Shown: positions 21,942 to 31,427 of the stretch, piece after piece | Position numbering within the stretch: the first letter of the stretch is position 1 | Layout: every line of letters begins with the position of its first letter | Source: Elusimicrobiota bacterium | GTDB taxonomy: Bacteria; Elusimicrobiota; Elusimicrobia; UBA1565 | Assembly (NCBI GenBank): GCA_043827405.1 | Contig: JBDRPD010000050.1 | Location: 32,001-96,000 of the forward strand | DNA: 64,000 nt | Direction of reading: 5' to 3' | The notes under the pieces: model-generated | Seen by the model: the letters and a program-made list of their open reading frames with translations, nothing else | What the model was told of the DNA's origin: nothing | The model's database searches: none | Position numbers and translations under genes: made by a program

Positions 21942-22336
21942 TCAACACCCTCCTGCTGGCCTGTACCGGAATAGCGATGGAAGTATTCTTCACCGCCGCC
22001 GCCGGCCTGCGCCGAACACGCGATCCGAAACTAGCGGGACATACGACGCTGTGGATGTTCCCGATTTACGCCTTGGTCTATCCGGCGCTGAGCGCGCTGT
22101 GGCCGACGATCGGCGGCCGGCCCTGGTACGCGCGCGGAGCCCTCTCCGTGCTTCTTATTTATGCCGTCGAGTACGCGAGCGGCTGGCTGATCCGCCGGAT
22201 CGCCGGCCTCTGCCCCTGGGATTACGGCCGGACGCGCTGGGCGGTGCACGGCCTCATCCGCCTGGACTTCGCGCCCGCCTGGCTGGCCGCCGCCTTCATA
22301 TTCGAGCGGCTGTTTCTCTACCTGTCGGGGATTTAA
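21938..22336 (+). CDS. Small membrane protein (CmpB/TMEM229-like)
   Basis: GHTTLWMFPIY, EYASGW, CPWDY, GLIRLDFAPAW; GTGA overlap with upstream stop. Confidence 0.75.
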   Translation: MINTLLLACTGIAMEVFFTAAAGLRRTRDPKLAGHTTLWMFPIYALVYPALSALWPTIGGRPWYARGALSVLLIYAVEYASGWLIRRIAGLCPWDYGRTRWAVHGLIRLDFAPAWLAAAFIFERLFLYLSGI

Positions 22337-22351
22337 GATAAGGGCGAGGCG

Positions 22352-22882
22352 TCAGAGCCGCACTTCTTCCAGCAGCGAGGAGATATGCTTCTCCTGTTCG
22401 GCGAGGCCGCGCTCGAGCTTCTTTCCCGGGCGCTGGCGCTCGTCACAGGCGGGCCACAGCTCGATTTCTTCCTGGCGGAAGTGCCGGTGTAGGCGCTCGC
22501 TGAGACTGGCGAGCGTGCCCTTCAGATAAGAGTAATTCCCCTCATCAAGGTTTTCGAGCACAAAGCGCAGGGCGTCCTGCAGGTCTTCGCGATCCTGGCG
22601 TCCGCGCTCGATCGCGCGGCGCGAAGCCCCGTCCCGGCTTCGCCGGGACTGCGCGCCTGGATTCCGCCTGGAGGCGCGGCCGTGCTTTCGCTTGTCGCCC
22701 CGGGGAGCGAACACCAGGCGCTCGACTTCTTCATGGCGGGTCAGCGACTGCTGAAAGGCGCGGAGGATTGTCTCGACGTGGGAGCAGGCCCGCGGGGAAT
22801 CATCGGCGAACTGCTGCTCCAGGAGCTCCAGCATCTCCTGAAAAAGCTCATGCTCTTTCTTGAGATGATCAAGAACCGTCAT
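22352..22882 (-). CDS. Hemerythrin-like domain protein
   Basis: LKKEH, HEEVE...VF, HFRQEE...LWP; third-helix His not evident. Confidence 0.65.
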   Translation of the reverse strand: MTVLDHLKKEHELFQEMLELLEQQFADDSPRACSHVETILRAFQQSLTRHEEVERLVFAPRGDKRKHGRASRRNPGAQSRRSRDGASRRAIERGRQDREDLQDALRFVLENLDEGNYSYLKGTLASLSERLHRHFRQEEIELWPACDERQRPGKKLERGLAEQEKHISSLLEEVRL

Positions 22883-23030
22883 GAGAATATTATAGGTGAT
22901 ACAACGACCCCTTGAGCAATGACATTGATCATCCTCAACGCGGCAAATCAAACTTTCGGCTTGACTCCGCTCCTCTACAGTTCTCTCGCTGCGGAGTATC
23001 CTGTGGTTAGAAATTTTGGAGGTGAATGAC

Positions 23031-23294
23031 ATGATCGAAATCCTAATGATGCTTACCCTGAGCGCGGCGAACCCGCAGCCCATAATGACCGCCCAGTTTC
23101 AGCCGTGCGTGTGGCCCAACCCCTGCGGTCAGCAGGAAGAGACGGTTGAGCTGGCTTCCGACTACGAAATCTGCGTCTGGCCGAGGAAGTGCGGCGGCAA
23201 GGCAAAGGAGACGGTCGAAGTGGCGCAGTTTCAGCCCTGCGTGATGCCCAACCCGTGCAGCGTGCAGGGGAAAGAGCCGGAGACTTTGGTCTAA
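23031..23294 (+). CDS. 87-aa peptide with three CV(W/M)PxxC repeats
   Basis: GGAGGTG RBS; short hydrophobic N terminus; AQFQPCVWPNPC, SDYEICVWPRKC, AQFQPCVMPNPC; own terminator. Confidence 0.85.
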   Translation: MIEILMMLTLSAANPQPIMTAQFQPCVWPNPCGQQEETVELASDYEICVWPRKCGGKAKETVEVAQFQPCVMPNPCSVQGKEPETLV

Positions 23295-23314
23295 CAGCCG
23301 CCGGCTCCGCAGCG

Positions 23315-23340
23315 AACCCCCGCATCCGCGGGGGTTTTTT
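23315..23340 (+). terminator. Rho-independent terminator
   Basis: AACCCCCGC-ATCC-GCGGGGGTT followed by a T tract. Confidence 0.9.
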
Positions 23341-23367
23341 ATTGCCTGCGCAGGCGTTAAGGATACC

Positions 23368-24279
23368 TCAATGCGCGCCGGTTTGGGCTCTGCGCAGTCC
23401 GCTCGACACCAGCAGGCAGGAGCCCGCGAGCGCCGCGAAGCCGCCCGCCAGCTTGAGCGCGCCGGGAAGCTCGCTCCCGAGCGCGGCCGCCGCCGCCAGC
23501 ACCAGGACCGGGTGCTGCGCCGTGATCAGCGCGACCTTGCTGACTTCGATCGCCTGGATCGCCTTGAAGCGGACCGTGATGTGGAAAAACGGACCGACGA
23601 TGCCGCCGGCGATGAGGATGCCGAGATGCTCCCACGGCGGCAAAGACGGCCCCCGGCCGCGGGCGAGGAAGATCGCGCACGGGACCAGCAGCAGCGCCCA
23701 GTTGCGCAAGTTCGCCAGAGCCATCGGCTCCTCGCTCTCCAGGAGACGCTTGACCACCACCTGGTTTAAGCCCCAGACCCCGTTGGAAATAAGCAGCAGC
23801 GTGAGGCCGGCGATCCCCGCTCCCTCGGAGGTATAGGCGATCATGCCCAGGCCCAGGACGATGAGCGCCGCTCCGGCCGCTTCGCCGACGGCGAAGCGCT
23901 CGCGCAGGATCAGGATCCCGAACAGCAGGACATAGAAGACGTGCGACTGGGAGATAAAGGAAGCCATGGAGGACGATACGTGCCGCAGGCCGAAGAAGAA
24001 CAGCACCGCCGCCGTCACCTCGAAGAGCACGAAGACCGCGACCCAGCCGGCCTTGCGGCGTGAGAAGCTCCAAGGAGCGGCCCGCGGCCGCAGTATGCTT
24101 AGAGGGATAAAGCCTATCTGCGCGGCCAGATACCAGTAGAAGAAGAACTCGGGCAGGGCCACGCGCGCGACTCCCTCTTTGCCAAGGATGAAGATTCCGG
24201 CGCCGCAAACCAGAACAATCAGCGAATAACCGATCCCGCGCAGACTCCGCGTCCAAGCATTATCCGCTGCCGGCTCCAT
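23368..24279 (-). CDS. EamA/DMT transporter
   Basis: About 10 TM in two repeats; LFGILILRER; start reassigned to ATG 24279. Confidence 0.8.
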   Translation of the reverse strand: MEPAADNAWTRSLRGIGYSLIVLVCGAGIFILGKEGVARVALPEFFFYWYLAAQIGFIPLSILRPRAAPWSFSRRKAGWVAVFVLFEVTAAVLFFFGLRHVSSSMASFISQSHVFYVLLFGILILRERFAVGEAAGAALIVLGLGMIAYTSEGAGIAGLTLLLISNGVWGLNQVVVKRLLESEEPMALANLRNWALLLVPCAIFLARGRGPSLPPWEHLGILIAGGIVGPFFHITVRFKAIQAIEVSKVALITAQHPVLVLAAAAALGSELPGALKLAGGFAALAGSCLLVSSGLRRAQTGAH

Positions 24280-24407
24280 GGCGACAGCATAGCTAATAGA
24301 AGGCCATTTATCCTTAATTTTTATACGAATACTTCTAGGCCTCAAGTCCCTTATACGACCTCCCCTTCGGCCCAGGCGCAAACCCGCGAACCGCCCATAC
24401 TATGAAT

Positions 24408-25013
24408 ATGAAGCTGTCGCATGCCCTGATTCCGTTCGTTGCCGCCCTGCTGCTCTCGGCAGGCTTCGCCGCGGCGGAAGCGCCGCCCGTCCGGGGAGGA
24501 GCGGTGCCGCGGCACCTGAAGCTTCCGCTTCTTAAGGTCGTTCCCGCACCCACTTTTTACGCCGACTTCTGCGACCGGTACCCCGGCGACTGCGACTTAT
24601 CGGGCCCGGGGACGATCACGCTCACGCCCGAAATTTGGCGCCAGCTCGATTCCGTGAACCGGGAGGTCAACGGCGCATTCAAGCTTATACCGGACGCCGA
24701 GCATACCGGCGGCCAGTTCGAGGAGTTCTGGGACTACCTCGACCCGGGCTACGGCGACTGCGAGGATTTCGCTCTTGAGAAGCGCCGCCGCCTGGTCAAG
24801 CTCGGCCTGCCGCGCGGAGCGCTGCGCATGACCACGGCCTTCCATAAGGAATTGCTTTATCCTCACGCCATACTCCTCGTAGAAACCAGCCAAGGGACGC
24901 TGGTGCTCGACCAGGAATCGCAATCCATCGACTACTGGGACGAGAAGCCGCTGATGTACGAGAAGCGCGAGCGCCAAGACGGCCGCTGGGAAGTGTTCGA
25001 GGTGGATTGGTAA
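24408..25013 (+). CDS. Transglutaminase-like cysteine peptidase (C93/BTLCP, LapG-like)
   Basis: Signal peptide; VNREVN, GDCEDFALEKRRRL, HAILLV, VLDQ triad. Alternative start 24402. Confidence 0.9.
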   Translation: MKLSHALIPFVAALLLSAGFAAAEAPPVRGGAVPRHLKLPLLKVVPAPTFYADFCDRYPGDCDLSGPGTITLTPEIWRQLDSVNREVNGAFKLIPDAEHTGGQFEEFWDYLDPGYGDCEDFALEKRRRLVKLGLPRGALRMTTAFHKELLYPHAILLVETSQGTLVLDQESQSIDYWDEKPLMYEKRERQDGRWEVFEVDW

Positions 25014-25045
25014 GATAGACCCGCTGCGGCCTGTCAACACCGATC

Positions 25046-25072
25046 CAGTAAAGGTGCCAGGCACCTTTACTG
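25046..25072. repeat. Perfect 13-bp-arm palindrome with 1-nt centre
   Basis: CAGTAAAGGTGCC-A-GGCACCTTTACTG. Confidence 0.85.
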
Positions 25073-25084
25073 AGCACCATATCC

Positions 25085-27166
25085 ATGCGCGAGAAAACCC
25101 TCCATCTATTCGTCCTATCCGCTCTGGCCTGCGCCCAGCCGCTTTATGACCTGCTGGCGCGTCACGCCGACTTCTTCGTGGCGCGGCGGGCGGGCACGAC
25201 GGACATCCTGATCCTGATTTTCCTGTTGAGCTGCATGCTGCCGGCGGTGTTGGCGCTGATCGCGCTCCTCGCTTCCCGGCTCGACCGCCGCCTGGGAGAG
25301 TGGACGCATAGCGCCGCCGTCGCGGCGCTGGCCGGGCTGCTGGCGCTGCAGATCGGCAAACATCTGGGCGCTTCTTCCTCGCTGCTGCTGTTTCCCGCGG
25401 CGGCGTTGGCCGGCGCCGGCGCCGCCCGGCTCCTGCACAATAACGGAAGAGCCCGCACCTATTTAAGTTTTCTGTCGCCCGCCGTCCTGATTATTCCCGC
25501 GGCGTTCCTGCTCGCTTCCCAGATACGCCCCCTGGTCTTTGGCGGCGGCGGTGCAGCGGCGCCGCTCTCCTCCGGCGGAAAAAAATACCCGAATATTGTC
25601 TTCGTCATCTACGACGCCCTGCCGACGATCACCCTCATGAACGAGCAGCGCCTGATCGACGCCGAGCGCTTCCCCAATTTCGCGCGGCTCGCGAATGATT
25701 CGGTGTGGTTTCGCAACGCCACCACCATCGCGCCCGTAACCTTCCTCTCCGTCCCGGTGGCCGTCTCCGGCATCGTCCACCCGTTCGGCGAGAAGGTCCC
25801 GATCGCCACGCACCATGCGTACCCAAGAAACCTGTTCACCTTCCTCGCCGATTCACACGCCATGAATGCTTGGGAGACCTACAGCATCCTGTGCCCGGAG
25901 AAGCTGTGCGGCGACCCCAGGAACCGGCCGCCGTTCGTCCGCCGCCTGCGCGCCATGCTGACCGATCTATCGATCGTCTACTTACACCTCGTCCTGCCCG
26001 GCGACCTAACGGCCCGCCTGCCGGCCGTCACGCGTACCTGGAAAAACTTCAGCCGCCCGGACGACGACGCACCGGCACAGCGCCCGTCGGACGAGGAACA
26101 GCTGAAGATGGTGCAGGAAAATGAGGCCGGCTGGAAGTACGAAGACCGGCCCCGGGACTTTCTTGCCTTCGTCGACTCCATCCGGCCCGGCCCGCGCCCG
26201 ACGCTGAACTTCCTGCACCACATGCTGCCGCATCCGCCGTGGAACTACCTCGCCTCGGGGAAGTACTACACGGTCCCCGGCGAACAGGTGGTCGAAGGCG
26301 TCCCGACCGACACCGACCGCTGGCCGCAAGACGAGTTTATTGTCCGCCGGGGGTTTCAGCGCCACCTCATGCAGACGATTTATACCGACAAACTGCTGGG
26401 CCGGCTCCTGGACCGCCTGGAGAAAACCGGACTCTATGACGACACCCTGATAGTGGTAACCGCGGACCATGGCGTCAGCTTCCGCGCCGGCGACCTGCGC
26501 CGCGAATGGACGTCCTCCAATGTCGGCGATATCATGGCGGTACCGCTGTTTTTCAAGCTGCCCGGACGGCGCGCCGGCCGCATCAGCGACCGCAACGTGG
26601 AGAATATCGACATCATCGCCACCATCGCCGACGCCATCGGCAAGCCGCTGCCGTGGCCGCGAGGACCGTCAGCGCTTGATGAGAAGAAGCCGGCGCGGCC
26701 GGAGAAGCTTATTCTGATCAAGGGTGCGGCCGTCCGCCGCTACCCGCCGCATTTTCCCGAGATGAACCAGGCGCTCGATCAGCAGGTCCGGCGGTTCGGC
26801 ACCAGCGCGAACCCGGAAGCGCTTTTCCGGGTTGGCCCGCACGGCGGCCTGGTGGGGCGGGCAGTAAGCAAACAGCTGCTCGCGGAGCCCGCACGCGTCG
26901 GCCTCGAGATCGATCAGCGCGACCGGGCCTTTCTGACCGGCCGCATTGTCTTCGGCTCGGAGCGCCCCCGGCTTGTGCACCTCGCTTTCGCTCTCAACGG
27001 CGTAATCCGCGCCGTCACGCGTACCCGGCAGCCCGCAAACGGTGCGGCCGCGCTTTCCGTCCTGCTGCCGGAAGAGCGCTTCCTCCCGGACGGCAATGAG
27101 CTGCAAGTATTCGTTATTTCAGGCGACGCCGGCCGGGAGAAGCTGCGGCCGCTGCGACAGCGCTAG
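25085..27166 (+). CDS. Membrane-anchored sulfatase/alkaline-phosphatase superfamily protein
   Basis: N-terminal TMs; PNIVFVIYD, PNFARLA, LPHPPW, IVVTADHG, VPLFFK. Confidence 0.85.
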   Translation: MREKTLHLFVLSALACAQPLYDLLARHADFFVARRAGTTDILILIFLLSCMLPAVLALIALLASRLDRRLGEWTHSAAVAALAGLLALQIGKHLGASSSLLLFPAAALAGAGAARLLHNNGRARTYLSFLSPAVLIIPAAFLLASQIRPLVFGGGGAAAPLSSGGKKYPNIVFVIYDALPTITLMNEQRLIDAERFPNFARLANDSVWFRNATTIAPVTFLSVPVAVSGIVHPFGEKVPIATHHAYPRNLFTFLADSHAMNAWETYSILCPEKLCGDPRNRPPFVRRLRAMLTDLSIVYLHLVLPGDLTARLPAVTRTWKNFSRPDDDAPAQRPSDEEQLKMVQENEAGWKYEDRPRDFLAFVDSIRPGPRPTLNFLHHMLPHPPWNYLASGKYYTVPGEQVVEGVPTDTDRWPQDEFIVRRGFQRHLMQTIYTDKLLGRLLDRLEKTGLYDDTLIVVTADHGVSFRAGDLRREWTSSNVGDIMAVPLFFKLPGRRAGRISDRNVENIDIIATIADAIGKPLPWPRGPSALDEKKPARPEKLILIKGAAVRRYPPHFPEMNQALDQQVRRFGTSANPEALFRVGPHGGLVGRAVSKQLLAEPARVGLEIDQRDRAFLTGRIVFGSERPRLVHLAFALNGVIRAVTRTRQPANGAAALSVLLPEERFLPDGNELQVFVISGDAGREKLRPLRQR

Positions 27167-29076
27167 ACTTCTTTATCGGGGAAGAAGGCCCTGAAGGGCC
27201 GCAGGAAGTTGATCTTGCCGCGCAGGCGATGCCAGGAAAGCAGGAAGAACAGCGCCGCCACGCTCAGCAGTCCCGCCAGGACGGTGAAGCCGGTCATGGC
27301 GCCCAGCGCGTCGAAGGCCCAGCCCATGCCCAGCAGGCCCAGCATGGAGACCGCCGTCGCCAGGGAGTAAATGAATCCCGTCACCGAACCCGCCTCGTCT
27401 TTTTTCGCCACCGCCTGGAAGTAGGCGGTCAGCCCCAGCTCGCTGCTCATATTGCCGGTCGAGAGCAGAAAAGCTACCGGCGCCGCCACGTAGATCGTCG
27501 GGAAGGCTATCAGCGCCCACGCCGTCAGGCTCATAATCGCGGCGTACTTCAGCCAGCCGAAGGAGGCGCCGGATTTTTTCGCATTCTTCCTAAGATAGAG
27601 CGCGGCCGCCAATTCGCCGGCGTTCCAGGCCATCAGCATCACGGCGGCCAATGCCGGGTTGCCCAGGATCTGGGTGGCGTAGACCACGGCCAAAAGCGCA
27701 TGAAACAGCTTATGCAGCATGATGATGGGGATATTGACCATGGTCCCCAAACGCAGAGTCGGGTTGTTCCAGACAATGCGCGCGCCGCGGAATATATCCC
27801 CGATGGCGGGCTTCTCTTCTTTCTTCTCCGGCGCGGCCCGCACGGACCCCCCGGCCGACCGCCGGATATTCAGGGCGAGCCGGATGAGAAAGTAAACAAC
27901 CAGGGCGTAGGAAGCGGGGTGCAGAACCAGCGTCCCGAGAGCTCCCAGCTTATTGAGCAGCAGCCCGGCCGCGCCCACGGCGGCGACGGATAGTATCTCG
28001 CGGAAGATATAGAGCTGGCCGTTATGCTCGCGCAAAACCCCCTCATGGCGGCCGAGGATCAGCGGCATGGCGGCCCGGCGCGCGGTGTCAAAGACGCCGC
28101 CGAATATGCCGTTGATGGTAAAGAGGGCGAACAGCACCGGCACGCCGACGGGGACGCCCAGCGCCAGGGCCAGCGGAATCACCCCGATCGCCATCATCTG
28201 CATGACCGCGGAGCTCGCCAGCACGCGCGACGGGCCGTAGCGGTCGATCGAGGGACCCGCGATCCAGCCGGCAACCATGCCCCCGATCTCCGCCGAGATA
28301 AACAGGGCGCCGACCAAAGTCGCCGCGCCGAACTGGGTCAGCAGCAGCACCGGCACCACCAGGTTCATCGTCTCCACGCCGACCTTGGTTATCGATACCG
28401 CCGCCGCGTAGTAGCGGAAATTCTTCTTCTGTACCGGGGTAAGCTCCGGCGCCGGGACGTCGGCGGCGATTTCGCTCAGCTCGAAACTCTGCGCTGCGCC
28501 GTGATCACAGCAGGAGCTGAAATGCTTAAGGCCGAATACGGAACGCAGGCTTCGTCCCAGCCCCGCCAGCCGCTGCCGGCCGACCGGTACGGGCGCGGCG
28601 ACGGACAGGCCGCGCGCGCTCCGGCCGGTAAGGATATGCTCCAGGCTCCGTCCGGCCGCATAGACGCCGCCGGCCGAGGTCTCCTGCGCCCGGACCTCGG
28701 CGAGGAGCGGCGCCGCTTCCTTGGAAAGCTTCTGCGCCCGCGCCTGAACGGTCTTGGCGGCCGCCGGCTGATTAGGGCGGACCTCCTCCGCCGGGGCGAC
28801 CTGAGGGGAAATCTTGACCGAAGCGCCGGCGACGGCATTCGCAGCGGAAAGGGAATTTACGGTCGGCAGCGCGGAGCCCAGGGAAAGCGTCGCTCCGGTC
28901 TTGAACAGACCGTTGTTAAGCGCCAACGGGGCCGACGGGACCGCAACGCCGGGGACGCCCGCGGCGGTGCCCGCGATCTTGACCTTGACCGCGACAGCGG
29001 CGGCGGCATCGCGCACCGGCATTCCCGCAAGCAGGAGCGCCAAGCACGCGGCCAGCAAACGCCTAGCCGTTCTCAT
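27163..29076 (-). CDS. MFS transporter with signal peptide and ~210-aa low-complexity leader
   Basis: MFS core (AGPSIDRYGPSRVL, about 12 TM) preceded by a signal peptide and an Ala/Val/Pro-rich region; start ATG 29076. Confidence 0.85.
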   Translation of the reverse strand: MRTARRLLAACLALLLAGMPVRDAAAAVAVKVKIAGTAAGVPGVAVPSAPLALNNGLFKTGATLSLGSALPTVNSLSAANAVAGASVKISPQVAPAEEVRPNQPAAAKTVQARAQKLSKEAAPLLAEVRAQETSAGGVYAAGRSLEHILTGRSARGLSVAAPVPVGRQRLAGLGRSLRSVFGLKHFSSCCDHGAAQSFELSEIAADVPAPELTPVQKKNFRYYAAAVSITKVGVETMNLVVPVLLLTQFGAATLVGALFISAEIGGMVAGWIAGPSIDRYGPSRVLASSAVMQMMAIGVIPLALALGVPVGVPVLFALFTINGIFGGVFDTARRAAMPLILGRHEGVLREHNGQLYIFREILSVAAVGAAGLLLNKLGALGTLVLHPASYALVVYFLIRLALNIRRSAGGSVRAAPEKKEEKPAIGDIFRGARIVWNNPTLRLGTMVNIPIIMLHKLFHALLAVVYATQILGNPALAAVMLMAWNAGELAAALYLRKNAKKSGASFGWLKYAAIMSLTAWALIAFPTIYVAAPVAFLLSTGNMSSELGLTAYFQAVAKKDEAGSVTGFIYSLATAVSMLGLLGMGWAFDALGAMTGFTVLAGLLSVAALFFLLSWHRLRGKINFLRPFRAFFPDKEV

Positions 29077-29082
29077 ATTTTT

Positions 29083-29147
29083 AGTATAGGCGTGAAGCTC
29101 CGGGAGGTAATGATGCGTAAGGCCCAAACAGGCCTCATCTTTCGACC
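29083..29147 (-). promoter_or_regulatory. Tandem-box promoter (box, box, 23 nt, -10 TATACT)
   Basis: Minus strand GGTCGAAAGATGA (29147), GGCCTTACGCATC (29124), TATACT 29088-29083, ATG 29076. Confidence 0.5.
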
Positions 29148-29176
29148 CAGAAGGTTTTACCCAATGGGCATATAAC

Positions 29177-29228
29177 GCGAAACCAAGCGAAACCAAGCCT
29201 TGACACGGCTTTCCGACGGGATTATTCT
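29177..29228 (+). promoter_or_regulatory. Sigma70 promoter with upstream 10-bp direct repeat
   Basis: GCGAAACCAA twice (29177-29196), TTGACA 29200, 17 nt, TATTCT 29223. Confidence 0.75.
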
Positions 29229-29259
29229 AACTATGAAGCCTAATCCGGGAGGCCGTACC

Positions 29260-30447
29260 ATGCGATTTTCCTTTAAAGCTCTGGCCGCATTCGCCTGTCT
29301 CGCCGTCCTAACCTTCCCCGCCGCCGCCAAGGAGGCGAAGGAGACGGACGTGGACGAGGTCCCCAAGTTCGACGCCGCCCCCCGGCCGGACGACGTCGCG
29401 GTGATCATCGGGATCGAGAAATACCGCGATCTGCAGTCCTCCGAGTATTCCGCCCGCGACGCCGAACTGTTCAGGGACTACCTGCTGGCGCTCGGCTATG
29501 CGCCGCGCAATATCTCCCTGCACCTGAACGAGCGGGCCACCCGCGCCGATCTGCGCAAGGCCTTCCTGCGCTGGCTGCCCAATCAGGTCAAGCCGCACAG
29601 CAAGGTGGTCGTCTATTATTCGGGCCACGGCGCCCCGGACCCTATTTCGGGCGAGGCCTACCTGGTCCCCCACGACGGTGATCCCAACTACCTTGAAGAT
29701 ACCGCCTATCCCATGAAGCAGCTTTTCGAGAACCTCAGCACCATGAAATCCGGCGAGGTGATGGTGCTTATGGACTCCTGCTTCTCGGGCGCCGGCGGAC
29801 GCTCGGTCCTGGCCAAAGGAGCGCGCCCCCTGGTCTTGAACGTTTCGCCCCTGGAGCAGCTGAGCTCCAAGATCGCGGTCATGACCGCGTCGCAGGCCAA
29901 GCAGATATCCAGCTCGTCCAAGGACCTGCGCCACGGCATCTTCACCTATCACCTGCTCAAGGCCCTGCGCTTGGGCAAGAAGTCTTTCGCCGCGATCTAC
30001 GAGCATGTCAAGCCGCTGGTGGAAAACGACGCCAAGTCGATCAATATCGAGCAGAGCCCGAACCTCACCCCAGCCATGGAGAGCGGCGAGACGCGCTTCC
30101 TGCTCGCCGACTTCACCCGGATCATCATCCCGGAAAAGCCCAAGCCCGAAATGTCGGTCAAGGATCAGAAGACCTTGGAGGCCGAGCGCGAAAAAATGCG
30201 CAAAGAGATGGAGCAGCTGAGAAAAAAGCAGCAGCTTCTGCAGGAAGAGGCCGAGCGCAAGGAGAAGGAGCGGCAGGAGGCGGCCGACCGGCGCGAAAGA
30301 GAGCGGCAGAAAGAGCTCAAGCGGCAGCGGGAAGAGATGGATCGGGAGAACCAGGAGCGGGAAAGGAAGCTTAAAGCCGAGGAGAAGCGGCTCGAGAAGC
30401 TGCGGCGGAAAAAGCAGAATATCAGGAACCTGCCGCCGCCTCCGTAA
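29260..30447 (+). CDS. Exported C14 caspase-family protein with charged coiled-coil tail
   Basis: GGAGG RBS; signal peptide; YYSGHG and MDSCFSG dyad; E/K/R-rich tail ending LPPPP. Confidence 0.9.
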   Translation: MRFSFKALAAFACLAVLTFPAAAKEAKETDVDEVPKFDAAPRPDDVAVIIGIEKYRDLQSSEYSARDAELFRDYLLALGYAPRNISLHLNERATRADLRKAFLRWLPNQVKPHSKVVVYYSGHGAPDPISGEAYLVPHDGDPNYLEDTAYPMKQLFENLSTMKSGEVMVLMDSCFSGAGGRSVLAKGARPLVLNVSPLEQLSSKIAVMTASQAKQISSSSKDLRHGIFTYHLLKALRLGKKSFAAIYEHVKPLVENDAKSINIEQSPNLTPAMESGETRFLLADFTRIIIPEKPKPEMSVKDQKTLEAEREKMRKEMEQLRKKQQLLQEEAERKEKERQEAADRRERERQKELKRQREEMDRENQERERKLKAEEKRLEKLRRKKQNIRNLPPPP

Positions 30448-30467
30448 GCGCGAAAACCACTTAAACA

Positions 30468-30497
30468 AAGAAGCGCCCCCGCTTGGGGGCGCTTCTT
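30468..30497. terminator. Bidirectional terminator
   Basis: AAGAAGCGCCCCC-GCTT-GGGGGCGCTTCTT between convergent genes. Confidence 0.88.
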
Positions 30498-30517
30498 ATT
30501 GAGTCGTCTGACGCCGC

Positions 30518-31378
30518 TTAGTAGCGCAGGGTGATGCCGAAGTCCGGGCCGTGAACGACGGTCAAGTTATAGCCGTCCTTCAACGGGCCGGCCGGCTTCA
30601 CGTAAGCGCGATAGCGCATATTGAACGCGAAGTGCTGGCCATAGGCGAACTCATAGCCCGAATTGATGTCCCAGGCCACCGCGCCGCCTTTGATCAGATA
30701 CGCCGTTTGGTCGGTGGCGTTGGTGATGTTGGAGCGGTAACTGCCCATGCCGAAGGTCGTATTGCCGAAGAAGCGATGCATGCCGCTGTCGGTGATGGGC
30801 GCGAAGAACCCGGCGCCGACTTCCCATAACACAATGGTAGTCTTCTTGCGCCGCGACGTACTCCTGGTCGCCGTCCAGGTATAGCCGGCGGTCTCAAGCT
30901 TAAGATCGTCGATAAAGCTGTTGACGCGCAAGCCGGTGAAAAAGTTCACCGTCTTGCCTTCCGGGCGATAGCGGATCAAAGTCTCCACGTCGGTCCGTTT
31001 CGCTTCGTAGTTCCCCAGCACCGTTGTACCGGCGCCGGCGCCCTCTTTTACGTTGTTGCTGTTGCTGACGAAACGCCCTTTCCCGTTGCCGCCGTAAAAA
31101 TTAAAGAGGAAGTCGAGCGGCACCGTCCCCGGCGTCATAACGATCGCGACACCGACGAGAGGGATATTGATCTGCTGCCGTGCCTGCACGTAGCTGGTGA
31201 CTACGCCGGTATTCCGGTTCAGCGTCGTAAAGTAGGAGGTATTGTAGTCGTTGAAGTTTTCCACCGACGCCCATAGCTTGGGGGTCACGGAAATACTGAA
31301 CTGGTCGCCCGCCTGAGCGCGCGGAGCGAACACGGAACCCACGAACAGCACCATCATAATCAGTACTAGTTTACGCAT
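30518..31378 (-). CDS. Outer-membrane beta-barrel protein
   Basis: GAGGTG RBS, signal peptide (AQA), amphipathic strands, C-terminal GITLRY. Confidence 0.75.
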   Translation of the reverse strand: MRKLVLIMMVLFVGSVFAPRAQAGDQFSISVTPKLWASVENFNDYNTSYFTTLNRNTGVVTSYVQARQQINIPLVGVAIVMTPGTVPLDFLFNFYGGNGKGRFVSNSNNVKEGAGAGTTVLGNYEAKRTDVETLIRYRPEGKTVNFFTGLRVNSFIDDLKLETAGYTWTATRSTSRRKKTTIVLWEVGAGFFAPITDSGMHRFFGNTTFGMGSYRSNITNATDQTAYLIKGGAVAWDINSGYEFAYGQHFAFNMRYRAYVKPAGPLKDGYNLTVVHGPDFGITLRY

Positions 31379-31427
31379 TGTTTCACCTCTAATAAGAACC
31401 TTCGAATTAGCCGGATATAACTATAAC

